In this document: one piece after another, positions 9,808 through 18,298 of the stretch
Position numbering within the stretch: position 1 is the first letter of the stretch
Layout: each line of letters starts with the position of its first letter
Source of the DNA: Flavobacteriaceae bacterium
GTDB lineage: Bacteria; Bacteroidota; Bacteroidia; Flavobacteriales; Flavobacteriaceae
DNA length: 64,000 nt
Assembly: GCA_038134285.1 (NCBI GenBank)
Contig: JAYPUW010000005.1
Span: 77,672-141,671, forward strand
Direction of reading: 5' to 3'
Translations under genes and position numbers: made by a program
Notes under the pieces: model-generated
Told to the model about the DNA's origin: nothing
Databases searched by the model: none
Seen by the model: the letters and a program-made list of their open reading frames with translations, nothing else

Positions 9808-11919
9808 ATGCAAGCCTCTTCAATCTTAGCGTCCCCTATAGCTGCTGTCAAAGGGCTTGGACCAAAGCGGGCAATGATCATAGAAAAGGAACTGAGTATT
9901 AAAACAGTTTATGAGCTTTTATTCTTTATACCGAATCGCTACATAGATAAGAGAGCATTAACTCCGATTTCATCCATCTCGCTTGAAAATAGCATCGTAC
10001 AGACTCAAGGTGTTCTGCAAAACATAAAACTTGTCAAACAAGCCAAAGGTTATCGATTGTCTGGAGAATTGATTGATAACAATCATCGCCTTGAATTGGT
10101 GTGGTTCAAAGGGTACCAGTATATCGAAAATCAACTCAAAGAAGGCCAGTGCTATAAGGTTTATGGTAAAGTTTCTCGTTTTAAAGATCGATTCAGCATG
10201 GCACACCCAGAGTTGAGTCAAATTTCGATTCAATTAGAGCAAGACTTTAAAGGTAATATCGAGCCCTTCTATCCCATTCCTGATAAATTACAGAAGGCAG
10301 GAATTACGCAGCGCCTCATCCGCTCCATTCTTCAACCGATTGTTAAGTCTATTGACTTTGAGCTTTACGAGACCCTACCTTCTTATATCGTAAAAGAACA
10401 ATTGCTTATAGATAAAACCTCGGCTTTGATTCATCTTCATGCGCCCACGCAGATGCAAGAAACACAACAAGCTTTAGACCGTCTAAAGTTTGAGGAATTG
10501 TTCTACATGCAAATGGGGCTGCTTTACCGAAAAATCAAACAGAAAACGGCAATCAAAGGTCAACGTTTTGATGGCATAGGCACTCCATTTCTATCCTATT
10601 ACGAATCTCATTTACCATTTGAATTAACTGAAGCTCAAAAACGTGTACTAAGGGAAATTCGAAACGATATGGGTTCAGGACTCCAGATGAATCGTCTGCT
10701 ACAAGGTGATGTAGGATCTGGGAAAACCATGGTCGCTCTCATGGCTTGTCTCATTGCAATCGGAAATGGGTCTCAAGCCTGTATTGTGGCTCCGACAGAG
10801 ATTTTAGCACAACAACACTACCACGATATAGCCTCAAAACTTGCTTCCTTAAGGATCTCTGTAAAACTATTAACCGGTTCAACCTCTAAAAAGGAACGCA
10901 GCGCTTTGCACGAAGGGCTACTTTCTGGCGAACTGCAAATTTTGATTGGTACGCATGCTGTTTTTGAAGATACGGTGATCTTTAAAAACCTCGGTCTGGC
11001 GATTATTGATGAACAACATCGCTTTGGAGTTGCGCAGCGCTCTAAATTGTGGAAAAAGGCTAAAGTGCCCCCACATATTCTGGTAATGACAGCTACCCCC
11101 ATTCCCAGAACGTTGGCGATGAGCACCTACGGAGACCTTGACAATTCAATCATTGATGAGTTACCTCCGGGAAGATCGCCTATCATCACTTCACACAGGA
11201 CAGATGGTTCAAGATTAAAGGTATTCGCATTCATTCGTGAACAAATTAAGCTCGGGCGGCAGGTATACATAGTGTATCCGCTCATTCAAGAATCCGCTGC
11301 CTTAGATTATAAAGACTTAATGGATGGATATGAGAGTCTCTGCCGTGAATTTCCACGTCCTGGCTACGCCTTATCCATATTACATGGTCAAATGAGTGCA
11401 GAGGCGAAGCATTATGAGATGAATCAATTTGAGAAAGGAACTACTCAAATAATGGTATCCACTACAGTCATTGAAGTTGGAGTAAACGTTCCTAACGCCA
11501 CGGTTATGATTATTGAGAGTGCAGAGCGCTTTGGTTTGGCTCAATTGCATCAACTTAGAGGTCGTGTAGGTAGAGGAGCACATCAATCATACTGTATACT
11601 TATGACCAAAGATACTTTGTCGGAAGATGCAAAAACACGTATTGAGAGTATGGTTAAATACAGCAGTGGGTTTGATCTATCAGAAATTGATTTAAAACTA
11701 AGAGGTCCGGGAGATCTAATGGGAACACAGCAAAGTGGCTCACTTCAATTAAAGTTTGCTGATTTAGTGGATGACGTCGCTTTGATGAGCACTATTCGAG
11801 CGCTTGTACAAGGCCTTTTGGATAGTGACGCAGCCTTAGAACTTCAAGAACATCAATGTATCAGATCTACCCTACAAATGCTATTAAGGGGAAAATTACT
11901 CTGGAGCTATATTAGTTAA
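9808..11919 (+). CDS. recG: ATP-dependent DNA helicase RecG
   Basis: It has a wedge domain and SF2 helicase motifs (GDVGSGKT, DEQHRFGV, MTATPIPRT, QLHQLRGRVGRG). I prefer Met-16 at 9808 (MQASSILASPIAAVKGLGP) over the track start 9763. That start would sit only 4 nt from the divergent patatin gene. Confidence 0.9.
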   Translation: MQASSILASPIAAVKGLGPKRAMIIEKELSIKTVYELLFFIPNRYIDKRALTPISSISLENSIVQTQGVLQNIKLVKQAKGYRLSGELIDNNHRLELVWFKGYQYIENQLKEGQCYKVYGKVSRFKDRFSMAHPELSQISIQLEQDFKGNIEPFYPIPDKLQKAGITQRLIRSILQPIVKSIDFELYETLPSYIVKEQLLIDKTSALIHLHAPTQMQETQQALDRLKFEELFYMQMGLLYRKIKQKTAIKGQRFDGIGTPFLSYYESHLPFELTEAQKRVLREIRNDMGSGLQMNRLLQGDVGSGKTMVALMACLIAIGNGSQACIVAPTEILAQQHYHDIASKLASLRISVKLLTGSTSKKERSALHEGLLSGELQILIGTHAVFEDTVIFKNLGLAIIDEQHRFGVAQRSKLWKKAKVPPHILVMTATPIPRTLAMSTYGDLDNSIIDELPPGRSPIITSHRTDGSRLKVFAFIREQIKLGRQVYIVYPLIQESAALDYKDLMDGYESLCREFPRPGYALSILHGQMSAEAKHYEMNQFEKGTTQIMVSTTVIEVGVNVPNATVMIIESAERFGLAQLHQLRGRVGRGAHQSYCILMTKDTLSEDAKTRIESMVKYSSGFDLSEIDLKLRGPGDLMGTQQSGSLQLKFADLVDDVALMSTIRALVQGLLDSDAALELQEHQCIRSTLQMLLRGKLLWSYIS

Positions 11920-12032
11920 TTAAGTCTTTTGAAACTCAAGGATTCGGCCAATTGTTCTGCCGTAACGTGAGAGAGATCGTGCTTATTTCTACATCGATTC
12001 CTTTTTGAACGTATGTCTTTTGTGCGAATACC

Positions 12033-12054
12033 AACCCTCAAAGATCAGAGGGTT
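12033..12054. terminator. Hairpin between convergent recG and dsbD-like genes (weak terminator candidate)
   Basis: A 7-bp stem AACCCTC / GAGGGTT closes an 8-nt loop. Only a short T-run (TTT) follows on the + strand, and none follows on the - strand. Confidence 0.3.
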
Positions 12055-12089
12055 TACCGAAACTCTTATGCATTGAATAAAGATTAGTC

Positions 12090-14021
12090 CTATTCGGATA
12101 AAGCCCGCTCTATCCATGCCAAAAAGTCGCTTCTTGAACTGAATTGAATAGGTTCTTGGATCACCGTCAAGTCAGGATCCAATAACACGTAGTAAGGCTG
12201 TGAAATAGACTTAAAGTTTACCGCCTGAAATAACGACCAATACTGACCCATGGTACGTATCGATTTAATACGTCCATCGGGCAATTGGTATTTGCCTCTT
12301 AAAGTATAAGTTAAGTTAGTTCTATCATCAACGTACAAACTAACGAGAATAACGTCTTCTTTTAGATATGAATAGATACGCGGGTCGCTCCAAACCTCAG
12401 CCTCCATTCTACGACAATTGACGCAAGAATACCCTGTAAAGTCAATTAAAATAGGCTTGTTTTCAACTTGAGCTCTCTGCAGGCCTTCTTCGAAACTCAA
12501 GGAACATTCAAGACCCAGAGGACAAGGCGTTTCTTCAGCATTCAATGTATAATACAAGGGAGGTGCAAAGGTGTTAATAACACCGCCTTTTAAAGGATCC
12601 TTCAATGCAACCCCGCTAACAAATGCAAGCCATAGCACAGGTAACAGAAACAGTACTCTAACTATTCGATTCGTGGTATCATTCCAAAGCTTAAAAAGTA
12701 AATAAAGGGTAGCACTTATACCAATAACAAACCAAATGCCAACGATTATCTCATACTTAAAGAATGACCAACCCGCGATCAAATCTGTATTCGATAAAAA
12801 TTTGAACGCTAGAACGAGTTCAAGAACGCCCAGAACAAACTTCACGGAATTCATCCATTCCCCACTTTTTGGCAATTTTGATAAGGCACCAGGGAAAACG
12901 GCAATAAGCATAAACGGAAGGGCTAATGCTAACCCGAAAGAACCTAATATCACAAGTAATGAAACCCCAAAAGTCCCTGCCTCTGTTTGGGTCGCTAAAG
13001 CTCCTAATACTCCACCTAAGATGGGCCCTGTACAAGAAAACGAGGCTAAAACTAAGGTCAAAGCCATGAAAAGGACTGAAACAAATCCTTTTGTTCGTTC
13101 ACTTCTTTGATCTGTACTACGAATCCAGTTTGAGGGTAGATTTAATTCGAAGCGAAAAATAAACGAAAGAGCAAAAAGCAACAGTACCAGAAACAGTAAG
13201 AAATTTACCATTGGGTGACTGGCGATTTCGTTGAATAACTGTGGATCTGCCTTGGATCCAAATAGAAACGGAAGGCCTGCGCTTACATATAATACAACTA
13301 TAGAAAGGCCATAGAGCACAGCCCAAGTTGTAGCATTCTCTTTTTGATTGAAATGCGAAACCGTAAGTGGAATAATAGGCAGTACACAAGGAGTTAAAAG
13401 AGTTATGAGTCCACCTAAAAACCCCATTAAGGTAAGGCTCCAAATGTTCAACGACCCGTCTTCTGCTCTAATACTTTCAAGATACTGTTCATTCTTAAGA
13501 TCAAGCTTTAAATCTTGCGCCAACTTAAGATCATCTCTAGCCTCAGCAACGCTTTCTTCAGCAATGGCATTAAAATGCTGTCCGATTTGAAATATAAAGT
13601 CTTCACTCGCAGAGATGCAGAGCTCTTTACAGACCTGATAATACAATGTGATTTCAATAGGTTTCGATAGATCATACACCTCAACCACTTGCCCAAACCT
13701 TACCTCATCTTTAAAGATCTGCTCGGTAACTTCAAATACATCATTATAATAGGCCTCAGGAGTAGGCTCAATTACTGGGCCTATTCGTTTGTAAGTATCT
13801 GTTTCTTGAAATTCAAAAAACGCTGGTTGACTTCCGCCTTCCGGAGAATACTGAGAGAAGATATGCCAGCCCTCTTCAATAGTGGCATTAAGGATTAATT
13901 TGTATTGAGAGTCACCTAATTCTTCCCATTGTGTATCCCAAGAAACCTGAGTCGCACTAAATTGAGTATAACCCGACAACCATAAGCATGAAGCCAGAAG
14001 GAGCACTACTAATCTCGCCAT
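12090..14021 (-). CDS. dsbD: DsbD-family thiol:disulfide interchange protein (N-terminal domain, cytochrome c biogenesis-type membrane core, C-terminal thioredoxin fold)
   Basis: 643 aa with a signal peptide. The membrane core carries two Cys motifs (LTPCVLPIIP, SFSCTGPILG). The C-terminal thioredoxin-like domain has CVNC. Its start overlaps the tilS stop region by 13 nt. Confidence 0.75.
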   Translation of the reverse strand: MARLVVLLLASCLWLSGYTQFSATQVSWDTQWEELGDSQYKLILNATIEEGWHIFSQYSPEGGSQPAFFEFQETDTYKRIGPVIEPTPEAYYNDVFEVTEQIFKDEVRFGQVVEVYDLSKPIEITLYYQVCKELCISASEDFIFQIGQHFNAIAEESVAEARDDLKLAQDLKLDLKNEQYLESIRAEDGSLNIWSLTLMGFLGGLITLLTPCVLPIIPLTVSHFNQKENATTWAVLYGLSIVVLYVSAGLPFLFGSKADPQLFNEIASHPMVNFLLFLVLLLFALSFIFRFELNLPSNWIRSTDQRSERTKGFVSVLFMALTLVLASFSCTGPILGGVLGALATQTEAGTFGVSLLVILGSFGLALALPFMLIAVFPGALSKLPKSGEWMNSVKFVLGVLELVLAFKFLSNTDLIAGWSFFKYEIIVGIWFVIGISATLYLLFKLWNDTTNRIVRVLFLLPVLWLAFVSGVALKDPLKGGVINTFAPPLYYTLNAEETPCPLGLECSLSFEEGLQRAQVENKPILIDFTGYSCVNCRRMEAEVWSDPRIYSYLKEDVILVSLYVDDRTNLTYTLRGKYQLPDGRIKSIRTMGQYWSLFQAVNFKSISQPYYVLLDPDLTVIQEPIQFSSRSDFLAWIERALSE

Positions 14022-15271
14022 ACGTACAAGGTTTTATAGGATGGAATATTAACCTGTTGTTGAATATCTATGGTAGTGTAAGCTAGACAGCTAAGAGCTT
14101 GGTCTTTGTAGCATACCACCTGAAGTCTTTGTTTTACAATAGGATTTAGCTTAATATCTCTTAAAACCTTTGAAAGCTTTTTAGGGCTTTTTTGATTCTT
14201 TAATAAGACTCTATCTGAGGCACCCCACTTTCTAACTTCAATATCCGATAGTTTGGCTTCTATAGGAACATTTATCTCGGAAACCGAAGCTTTGAGCGTC
14301 TCATCACCTTTACGAGGATCATCAAAAGAAAACTGGTAGCGGACCTCTAAAGAAGTAAGAGGAGTCAGTAACAAGTGTTGATCAAATCTATAAATCCTAT
14401 GCGACAAAGAACTCACCTCTTTACCATTTTCAGCATAAAGCAGGCGACTCAGGGCCAGAAAATCCTTAAACCCATAGGACTCAAAAAGCAGCTGAAGTAC
14501 ATCTGAACTATTCTCATGTGCTTTGAGCGCATCAATAGTAAAAGCCTCCCAATCCTCACCTTGAGAGCAGAGTTTATCTAAAAGAAGTCTTCTGTACGAC
14601 TCTTGAAGCCTTAGTGTTCTCTTAAAGTAAGAAAGACTGTAGCGCAGCTTTTCATGTGAATTTGAGAGTTTTGTATTTAAATCGTTGAGGATTTTGTTTC
14701 GCACAAAGTTTCTGAGGTAATCATTTTTTTGGTTACTAGAATCTGTTCTGTAGTTAATATGGTTGCTCTGGGCAAAGTCAATGATGTGACGCTTAGTAGT
14801 TTCTTTAAGAGGTCTCAACACAAATTGATTATGATCAATACCGCTCAAGCGGTGCAAAGTAGCGCCACTAAAAACACTCATGAGCATTCCTTCGATGCTG
14901 TCATCTTCGTGATGCGCTGTAAGTATGTAGTCGTATCCCTCCGATTTTAGCAATGAATAAAACCAGTTATACCGAAGATTTCTCGCCTCCTCTTGAATGC
15001 TCTTTGACTGATCGAGTTCAAACACCTTACTGTAATACAATACCTTGAAACTATTTGCCAGGTCTTGAACGAAGATGGCATCTGATGCACTCTCTTCATC
15101 ACGCAATTGATAGTTTGCGTGAGCTATTCCGAAAGAATATCCGTTTCTATGTAAAAGATGTGCGAGCACCACACTGTCAACCCCACCACTGCAAGCTAAA
15201 AGGAAATTATTAGAGCGGAACGATTCTAGGCTTTGGTTAAAAGCCTCCTCAATATGGATTTTTTCAGACAC
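14009..15271 (-). CDS. tilS: tRNA(Ile)-lysidine synthetase
   Basis: 420 aa with the PP-loop motif (LLACSGGVDSVVL). It uses a GTG start whose last base is shared with the lpd stop codon (TAGTG). Confidence 0.85.
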   Translation of the reverse strand: MSEKIHIEEAFNQSLESFRSNNFLLACSGGVDSVVLAHLLHRNGYSFGIAHANYQLRDEESASDAIFVQDLANSFKVLYYSKVFELDQSKSIQEEARNLRYNWFYSLLKSEGYDYILTAHHEDDSIEGMLMSVFSGATLHRLSGIDHNQFVLRPLKETTKRHIIDFAQSNHINYRTDSSNQKNDYLRNFVRNKILNDLNTKLSNSHEKLRYSLSYFKRTLRLQESYRRLLLDKLCSQGEDWEAFTIDALKAHENSSDVLQLLFESYGFKDFLALSRLLYAENGKEVSSLSHRIYRFDQHLLLTPLTSLEVRYQFSFDDPRKGDETLKASVSEINVPIEAKLSDIEVRKWGASDRVLLKNQKSPKKLSKVLRDIKLNPIVKQRLQVVCYKDQALSCLAYTTIDIQQQVNIPSYKTLYVWRD

Positions 15272-16674
15272 TAAGCATGAAGGGCCCTGTTTTCTGTAGC
15301 CGCAAGGGCAGCTTCTTTAACGGCTTCTGCATAGGTTGGATGCGCATGTGACATACGTGCAATATCTTCAGCCGAAGCTCTAAATTCCATGGCGGTCACT
15401 GCCTCTGCGATCAGATCAGCGCAACGTGCACCAATCATGTGTATTCCTAATACTTCATCGGTTTGCTGGTCTGCTAGAATCTTAATGAATCCATCTATAT
15501 CACCACTAGCTCTAGATCTTCCCAATGCACGCATTGGAAACGAACCTGATTTATAGGCCACACCTGATGCTTTCAATTGTTCTTCTGTCTGACCTACCGA
15601 AGCCACCTCAGGCCAAGTATAAACTACCGACGGTATAAGGTTGTAGTTGATATGGGGTTTTTGTCCTGCTAGAGTTTCAGCTACAAATACACCCTCCTCT
15701 TCTGCCTTATGTGCGAGCATGGCTCCTTGTATCACATCACCAATAGCATAAATGTGATTCTCCGCGGTTTGCAAATGGTCATTTACAGCAATTCGTCCTC
15801 GTTCATCAACTGTTAAAGAGGTATTTTCAAGACCTAAACCTTCCGTATTCGGCACCCTCCCCACTGAAACCAAAGCGTAATCCCCTTCGAGAACTACCTT
15901 CTTTTCTTTCTGCGATAAGGCCTCGATCACTACAGTATCTCCATTTCTCTCCACCTTTTGAACGGCATGAGAAAGGTAGAATTTAATGCCATGTTTCTTT
16001 AAGACTTTCATAAGCTCTTTAGAAAGAGCGCTATCCATAGAAGGAGTAATGCGATCAGCATATTCTACCACGCTTACCTCTGCACCTAATCTTCTATAGA
16101 CTTGGCCAAGTTCAAGGCCTATTACCCCTCCTCCTATAACCACAAGATGCTTGGGTATCTCTTTGAGCGACAACGCTTCAGTCGAAGTGATAATGCGTTC
16201 TTTATCAAGGGCTATGAAATTAAGGTTACCGGGCTTAGATCCCGTAGCGATAATGAACTTATCTGCGGTAACCTCTTGAGCTCCCTCTGACCCGCTAATC
16301 TTTAGTTTATGGGCATCTATGAAGCTTCCCAGTCCCTTTAAGACGGTAATCTTGTTTTTATCCATTAAGAAATCAATACCCTTAACGGTCTGGTCAACAA
16401 CTGACTGCTTTCGAGCTATCATAGTTTCAAAGTCTACCGAGATCTTACCTTCTATGGCAATACCATGGGCTTTACTGTCGTGCAAGATCGCCTCGTAATG
16501 ATGTGATGAATCTAACAAAGCCTTTGAAGGAATACACCCAACGTTCAAACAGGTACCTCCTAAAGTGCTTTCTTTTTCAACAATGGCGGTATTCATTCCT
16601 AGTTGTGCGCAACGAATTGCAGCAATATACCCTCCAGGTCCGGCACCGATAACGATAACGTCAAACTTTTGCAT
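15271..16674 (-). CDS. lpdA: Dihydrolipoyl dehydrogenase (E3)
   Basis: 467 aa. It has an FAD-binding motif (VIVIGAGPGGY), the redox-active disulfide (GGTCLNVGCIPSK), an NAD-binding motif (VVIGGGVIGLE) and the C-terminal HAHPT interface motif. Confidence 0.92.
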   Translation of the reverse strand: MQKFDVIVIGAGPGGYIAAIRCAQLGMNTAIVEKESTLGGTCLNVGCIPSKALLDSSHHYEAILHDSKAHGIAIEGKISVDFETMIARKQSVVDQTVKGIDFLMDKNKITVLKGLGSFIDAHKLKISGSEGAQEVTADKFIIATGSKPGNLNFIALDKERIITSTEALSLKEIPKHLVVIGGGVIGLELGQVYRRLGAEVSVVEYADRITPSMDSALSKELMKVLKKHGIKFYLSHAVQKVERNGDTVVIEALSQKEKKVVLEGDYALVSVGRVPNTEGLGLENTSLTVDERGRIAVNDHLQTAENHIYAIGDVIQGAMLAHKAEEEGVFVAETLAGQKPHINYNLIPSVVYTWPEVASVGQTEEQLKASGVAYKSGSFPMRALGRSRASGDIDGFIKILADQQTDEVLGIHMIGARCADLIAEAVTAMEFRASAEDIARMSHAHPTYAEAVKEAALAATENRALHA

Positions 16675-16695
16675 AATGGATCAATAATTGTCCTG

Positions 16696-16703
16696 CAAAA
16701 TTA
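16696..16703 (-). promoter_or_regulatory. Candidate Bacteroidetes-type -7 promoter box (TAATTTTG) for lpdA
   Basis: A perfect TAnnTTTG on the - strand ends 21 nt upstream of the lpdA ATG. No convincing -33 element was checked. Confidence 0.35.
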
Positions 16704-16807
16704 AGACGTTTTAACGGTAAACGCTAGTAGATCTTTGTTAATACCACGCAGTATAAATTGGCAGAAACAGGCGATTTGTTGTAATATCGCAAGATAATCT
16801 TCTGCCT

Positions 16808-18247
16808 ATGAGTTCTTCTCGTTCTATCCGTCTAAGTGAAGCCCTTTTTCCGTTGATTGCTTTAATCGTGATGCTCGCTATCAACGTCTTTTATTTCAAG
16901 GATGCCAGTCTCGACGGATCTAATCAATTTGTACTCTTATTAGGCGGAGCGGTTGCCGCTATCGTCGGATTCGTCAAAGGAGTTTCATACGAAGAGATGA
17001 TGAACGCTGTTGCAGACAACTTGAAGTCAACCTCTTCTGCCTTACTTATTCTTCTTATGGTGGGAGCCCTTTCTGGAACATGGTTGTTAAGCGGAATCAT
17101 ACCCACTATGATTTACTATGGCATTCAGCTCTTAAATCCTAGTATATTTCTTTTGGTTAGTGTATTGGTTTGTGCACTGATTTCGGTGGCTACAGGGAGC
17201 TCATGGACTACCTCGGCTACCGTAGGGATCGCATTAATTGGTGTGGGTAACGCGATGGGTATCTCGATGGGAATGACAGCAGGTGCCATTCTCTCAGGAG
17301 CTTATTTTGGAGATAAAATGTCTCCTTTGAGCGACACCACGAACCTTGCAGCAGCGATGGCTGGGACCGATTTATTTACCCATATCCGCTATATGCTATA
17401 CACCACCGTTCCTACCCTGGTGATAACACTTTTTGTATTTGGTGTCTTAAGTGCTACTATAGAACCTGCTGCTGCGGTTGAAACAGCAAGCCTTCTAAAC
17501 GCTATTACCGAATCTTTTACCATAAGCCCATGGCTCTTCAGCGTTCCTGTTCTTGTGATTGTCTTAATTGTCCGTAAAACACCCCCATTGGCCGCTCTGT
17601 TAGTTGGAACATTAGGAGGTGCACTTGCGGCATTACTTTTTCAACCTGAATTCATTCGCTCCTTAAGCGGAAGTGCCGAACTTAATTTCGAATCGGTTTA
17701 CATCACCCTCTTAAACGCTATCACCGTTGATCTAGCTGTAGAAAGCTCGAACACTGTGCTTAATGACCTGTTCACCTCAGGAGGAATGGCAGGAATGTTA
17801 GGAACAATATGGCTAATAATCTGTGCAATGGTTTTTGGAGGTGTCATGGAATCTATAGGAGCACTTTCAAAAATTACAGCCGCCTTACTCAAACTTTCAA
17901 AATCAACTTTTGGTCTAGTGGCCAATACGGTAGGAAGTTGTTTGGCCTTAAATGTAACGGCATCAGATCAGTACTTGGCTATCGTCGTTCCAGGCAAGAT
18001 GTTCGCAAAAGCCTATGAGCAAAAAGGGTTGGCCCCCGAGAATCTCAGCCGAACCATCGAAGATTCAGGGACAGTAACTTCAGTACTTGTACCATGGAAT
18101 ACCTGTGGGGCATACCACAGCAGCGTATTAGGCGTTTCAGTCTTTGAATATTTCGCTTATGCGGTCTTTAATTATGTTAGCCCAGTTATGACCTTATTAT
18201 TTGCTGCCTTATCGCTTAAAATCCGAAAATTTGCTCCCAACACCTAA
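16808..18247 (+). CDS. nhaC: NhaC-family Na+/H+ antiporter
   Basis: 479 aa, polytopic membrane protein. Its length and motifs (GSSWTTSATVGIAL, YFGDKMSPLSDTTN, WNTCGAY) are typical of NhaC. Confidence 0.85.
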   Translation: MSSSRSIRLSEALFPLIALIVMLAINVFYFKDASLDGSNQFVLLLGGAVAAIVGFVKGVSYEEMMNAVADNLKSTSSALLILLMVGALSGTWLLSGIIPTMIYYGIQLLNPSIFLLVSVLVCALISVATGSSWTTSATVGIALIGVGNAMGISMGMTAGAILSGAYFGDKMSPLSDTTNLAAAMAGTDLFTHIRYMLYTTVPTLVITLFVFGVLSATIEPAAAVETASLLNAITESFTISPWLFSVPVLVIVLIVRKTPPLAALLVGTLGGALAALLFQPEFIRSLSGSAELNFESVYITLLNAITVDLAVESSNTVLNDLFTSGGMAGMLGTIWLIICAMVFGGVMESIGALSKITAALLKLSKSTFGLVANTVGSCLALNVTASDQYLAIVVPGKMFAKAYEQKGLAPENLSRTIEDSGTVTSVLVPWNTCGAYHSSVLGVSVFEYFAYAVFNYVSPVMTLLFAALSLKIRKFAPNT

Positions 18248-18298
18248 GTCTGTACTTATCCCCCCACGCAGCAAGGAATTATCGTAATTTAGACCTCC

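Noticed and set aside
12013-12087. 24-codon ORF (MSFVRIPTLKDQRVYRNSYALNKD) in the recG/dsbD spacer
   Set aside because: It has no promoter box and no recognisable peptide features, and it overlaps the only hairpin in the spacer. Nothing supports it as a gene.
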